Below, piece by piece: positions 61,041 to 64,000 of a stretch of DNA of 64,000 bases. Numbering within the stretch: position 1 is the first letter of the stretch; each line of letters starts with the position of its first letter. The stretch lies in the NCBI RefSeq assembly GCF_018977255.1, contig NW_024704742.1:48548001-48612000 (forward strand), in the 5' to 3' direction. The DNA comes from Callorhinchus milii. Its lineage: Eukaryota. The translations under genes were made by a program, and so were the position numbers. Below the pieces are notes generated by a model. The model had not been told where the DNA came from, did not search any database, and saw nothing but the letters and a program-made list of their open reading frames with translations.

Positions 61041-62149
61041 TATTTAATTCTCAAGCTACAAGAGTTCTAAATTTGAAATTTCACAAACTGGGGTTCAGGA
61101 AAGGTCAGACTGAAAAACATATTAAACAGAAAATAGATAGCTCAGAGTCATCTGGTAGAGGGTTCAAATGGCATCATAAAAAACCACAAGAAGGAAGCCA
61201 GAGTGATTTACTCTTTAAGTCATTTGATCCTCCATATGAGATCACAGACTTAAAATGGCTCCAGGGTATTTTATTTTGAAATATGTACAGTAAACTTCAT
61301 GGGTAATTTTAGACAATTTAGAGGTGGGGTTGTCAACAGACACCACTCCAGCTTAGTGTTGATACAGTGCAGGAGGACAACTACAATGAAAGATGGAGAA
61401 TGAATTTGTGAATTTGTTGAGAAATAATATCCAGTTGATGTGACCAGTCTGGGTAATAGAATTGCACAGTGAATATGTATTTGTCTGTGGTGGATTACAG
61501 TATATATATATATGGCACAATGAATAGTTTATTTGTTTGTAGTACATTCATATTGCAGTGAATTTGTTAAGAGTAGATTGCAATATATATTGCACAATGT
61601 ATAATTTATTTATTAGTAGTACATTATAAAAAATAATCCTACATTTGAAATAGCGCTTTTCACATTGCATCCTTGGGAGGACCTCTCAGAGCACTTCACA
61701 GGATATACCGTCTAGTGGAGTGACTGTGTACCTTCTGGACGATCGTGGCAGACAATTATGTACTGCCATGAAATTAATTACCAATCATTTTTTAACAGTT
61801 TGAGTAACTCTCTGTATTTGATGAGGCTTATTTCATTCCACCTGGTGGCCCTGACAGTATATTCTGTGAAGTGTTTTGAGACTTCTCAATGATGTGTAGT
61901 AGGAATAAATGAAGTGACAGGAAGATGGTGGCAAGTCTCTCTTGCATTTCATGCTAATCTGTGTTGCTCACCAGGAAGCTTGCAGGGAGTTCCTGGTACC
62001 TGCCATCAACCGGTGAGGGATCAAACCTTTGCGTGTTGGATGTCAAATGACCATCTAGTGACTAATCTCCTTGGGGGTGGGGGGGGGAAGCGTGTTCTCC
62101 TTTTTAGTGACATGTTTGGCAACTGAATGTCGGAATCGAGCCAACCCTC

Positions 62150-62630
62150 CGTGGCAGTCTGGCTAATCCGGGTCCTGAGCCAGGGTCCAGGGCATTGCTG
62201 ATGATAGCATCAGATTGTCCAATCTGTAAAACTTAGATGGTAGACCAGTCACCGGGGCCAGGGAGTCATCCCTCTCAGCTCTCATTAACCCTGCAAGCCA
62301 AAGTCCTAACTGGGTAGGGTGGTCTGAGTTGGACAAGCAGTAAGAAAGCTTGTTAGGCTGTGCTCTCAATGGCAAGCTATGCTTTTCTTGCTGGTTAGAC
62401 TCCAGCAGTATCCCAATGCACACTCTGGGGTCCCAAGCCTTAGCTCTTGCCAACCTGCACCTAATACTTTCCAGAATTAGGTAAGCAAGATGAATCCCTC
62501 TAGGAAGAGATTGCGCATTCCATTCCAACAATTTATCTCTGGGATTTCCACATGTAGGTGATATGTATGGAAATCTGTTTGGTCTGGAACTCTTAAGCAA
62601 GATGATGGGTTTCCGCATGTGTCAATAAAA
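62150..62630 (-). repeat. Unclassified interspersed repeat (family X), longest copy
   Basis: Reverse complement matches 10000-10330 and 15215-15340. Confidence 0.6.
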
Positions 62631-62939
62631 AAATGATATGGGAGTCATTGGAGGAAAGAAGCCAACCAGAAGCAAATAGCAGGGCAAGATTGAGAACTAC
62701 TGTAGCAGAGATTTATCCCCATCTCCTGACCAATATTCCTCCCTTATTTAAATTAATTAAATATAAGATTCTACTTGGTCATTCATCTCATAGCTATTTG
62801 TGGGATATTACTAGTGTACATCAACACCCCACAACATTCACAGCGCTTCAAAAGATTTTGAGGGAGTGAGAATTCTCAGTGAGACCACGAAACTGTACTT
62901 ATTTTTGTGTGTTGACTATCTTTTGATGTGAATGCCTCA

Positions 62940-63430
62940 GGACCCTGCACAAGTTTGGGCTGGTTACATTTCTCTTTTGCTGTGTATACTCAGGTGTTAC
63001 ACCAAAAAGAAACATTTTTGCCTGACACTTTCATACCCCAAATTAAACATCAGTGGTGATATATGCGCTCTTAAAGATTTAGAAATGTCTAAAAGAAGAA
63101 TTAAACTATATAATGGAACATATTGGATATATATCAAGTGAGTAAAATAACCAAAATGGTAGGGACCTGAAGAGGGTATGGTGCAGTATCTGTCCACTTC
63201 AAGAGAGATACTTAGTTCTAAAGACGTGGGAAAACGACATGCAAGTAGCATTGGCCAGTGATATATCTTAAAGTAGGCTACTGTATTATTTTTAGAAACC
63301 TTTATGATTTAGTAATTAATTTGAGATGGATGGAGGAGTTGATTGATCATTTCTCAAAATAGAGGAGAGCATAATAAAGATTCTGTAGAGTCACATCTAC
63401 ATTCCTCTAATGGATCTAAGGTCATAGGAG
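62940..63430 (+). mobile_element. Decayed CR1 ORF2 3' fragment
   Basis: LTLSYPKLN..DICALKDLEMSKRRIKL-like remnants and a CR1-type 3' region. Confidence 0.45.
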
Positions 63431-63454
63431 GAGAGTGCAATATTAATAGCTAGG

Positions 63455-63990
63455 TGTCAGTCTGGCTCAGTTGGTAGTAATCTCCCTAGCCCCAACATCA
63501 GGATTTTGAATTCATAATCTAGACTGACATTCCTGGCCAACATTCCCTCGAATAAAATTGGTCACTCACTCTGCATGGCTGTTTGCGGGACATTGCTGTT
63601 AGCACTTTGAGATGTCTCAATGATGCGATAAGGCAATATATCAAATGCAAGGATTATTATTATTATTCCAGTGCAATGCTGGAGAAATCTGCATTGTCAG
63701 AGGTGTTGTCCTTAGGAGGAGACATTAAACTGAGCTTATGCCTGCCTGTACATGTGGGCGTTAAAGTTCTCATGCCATTATCTGGAAAGAAGAGAGTTTC
63801 TCAGTCCAACAATGAGCTCCCAACTAAAATTGGCCATGGCTGTTTGTAAGACATTACAGTGCTCAAATTGGCTACTGATTTTACCTACAAATACACAGTC
63901 ACTACACTTCATTGTAAATCCTGTGAAGTACTTTGAGATTATTTGATAATGTAATCAAGTACAATATCAAACACAAGGTTTATTATTATC
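63455..63990 (+). mobile_element. Deu-SINE with a nested second SINE 3' half
   Basis: gtgtcagtctggctcagttggtag head; inserted tggccaacattccctc..(tta)n; resumes at ccagtgcaatgctgg..gttaaagttctcatgcc and ends in a tail. Confidence 0.7.
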
Positions 63991-64000
63991 ATAATCTTGT

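Noticed and set aside
61380..61630. Degenerate ~75-bp tandem repeat
   Set aside because: AT-rich low-complexity decay with no sign of function.

Overview
This is eukaryotic, AT-rich, repeat-dense non-coding DNA. I infer a cartilaginous fish, most likely a holocephalan (chimaera/elephant-shark type), from the repeat complement: a young tRNA-headed SINE ending in (TTA)n, Deu-domain SINEs, L2 and CR1 LINE relics and a Penelope-type terminal fragment. I could not identify any host protein-coding exon. The only recognisable coding sequence is decayed LINE reverse transcriptase, best preserved in a 5'-truncated L2 at about 28.3-29.5 kb. The layout fits a very long first intron of a minus-strand gene. 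A candidate non-coding first exon (GGG|GTGAGT donor at 56670) lies in a CpG/GC-box region split by a ~2.9 kb GATC/(CT)n minisatellite, with a possible divergent plus-strand transcript near 60-60.8 kb. The most notable structures are: (1) a minimal hammerhead ribozyme motif in a Penelope-type end (51115-51155, minus); (2) a 107-bp near-perfect palindrome (26673-26779); (3) an exact 31-nt locally templated inverted insertion inside an L2 (TTG)n tail (16163-16193, copied from 15053-15083); (4) covarying 3' stem-loops shared by L2 and its SINEs; (5) a multi-copy fold-back MITE family. I found no convincing new multi-gene system. Repeat family names come from recognition, not a database search, and boundaries of decayed repeats are approximate.
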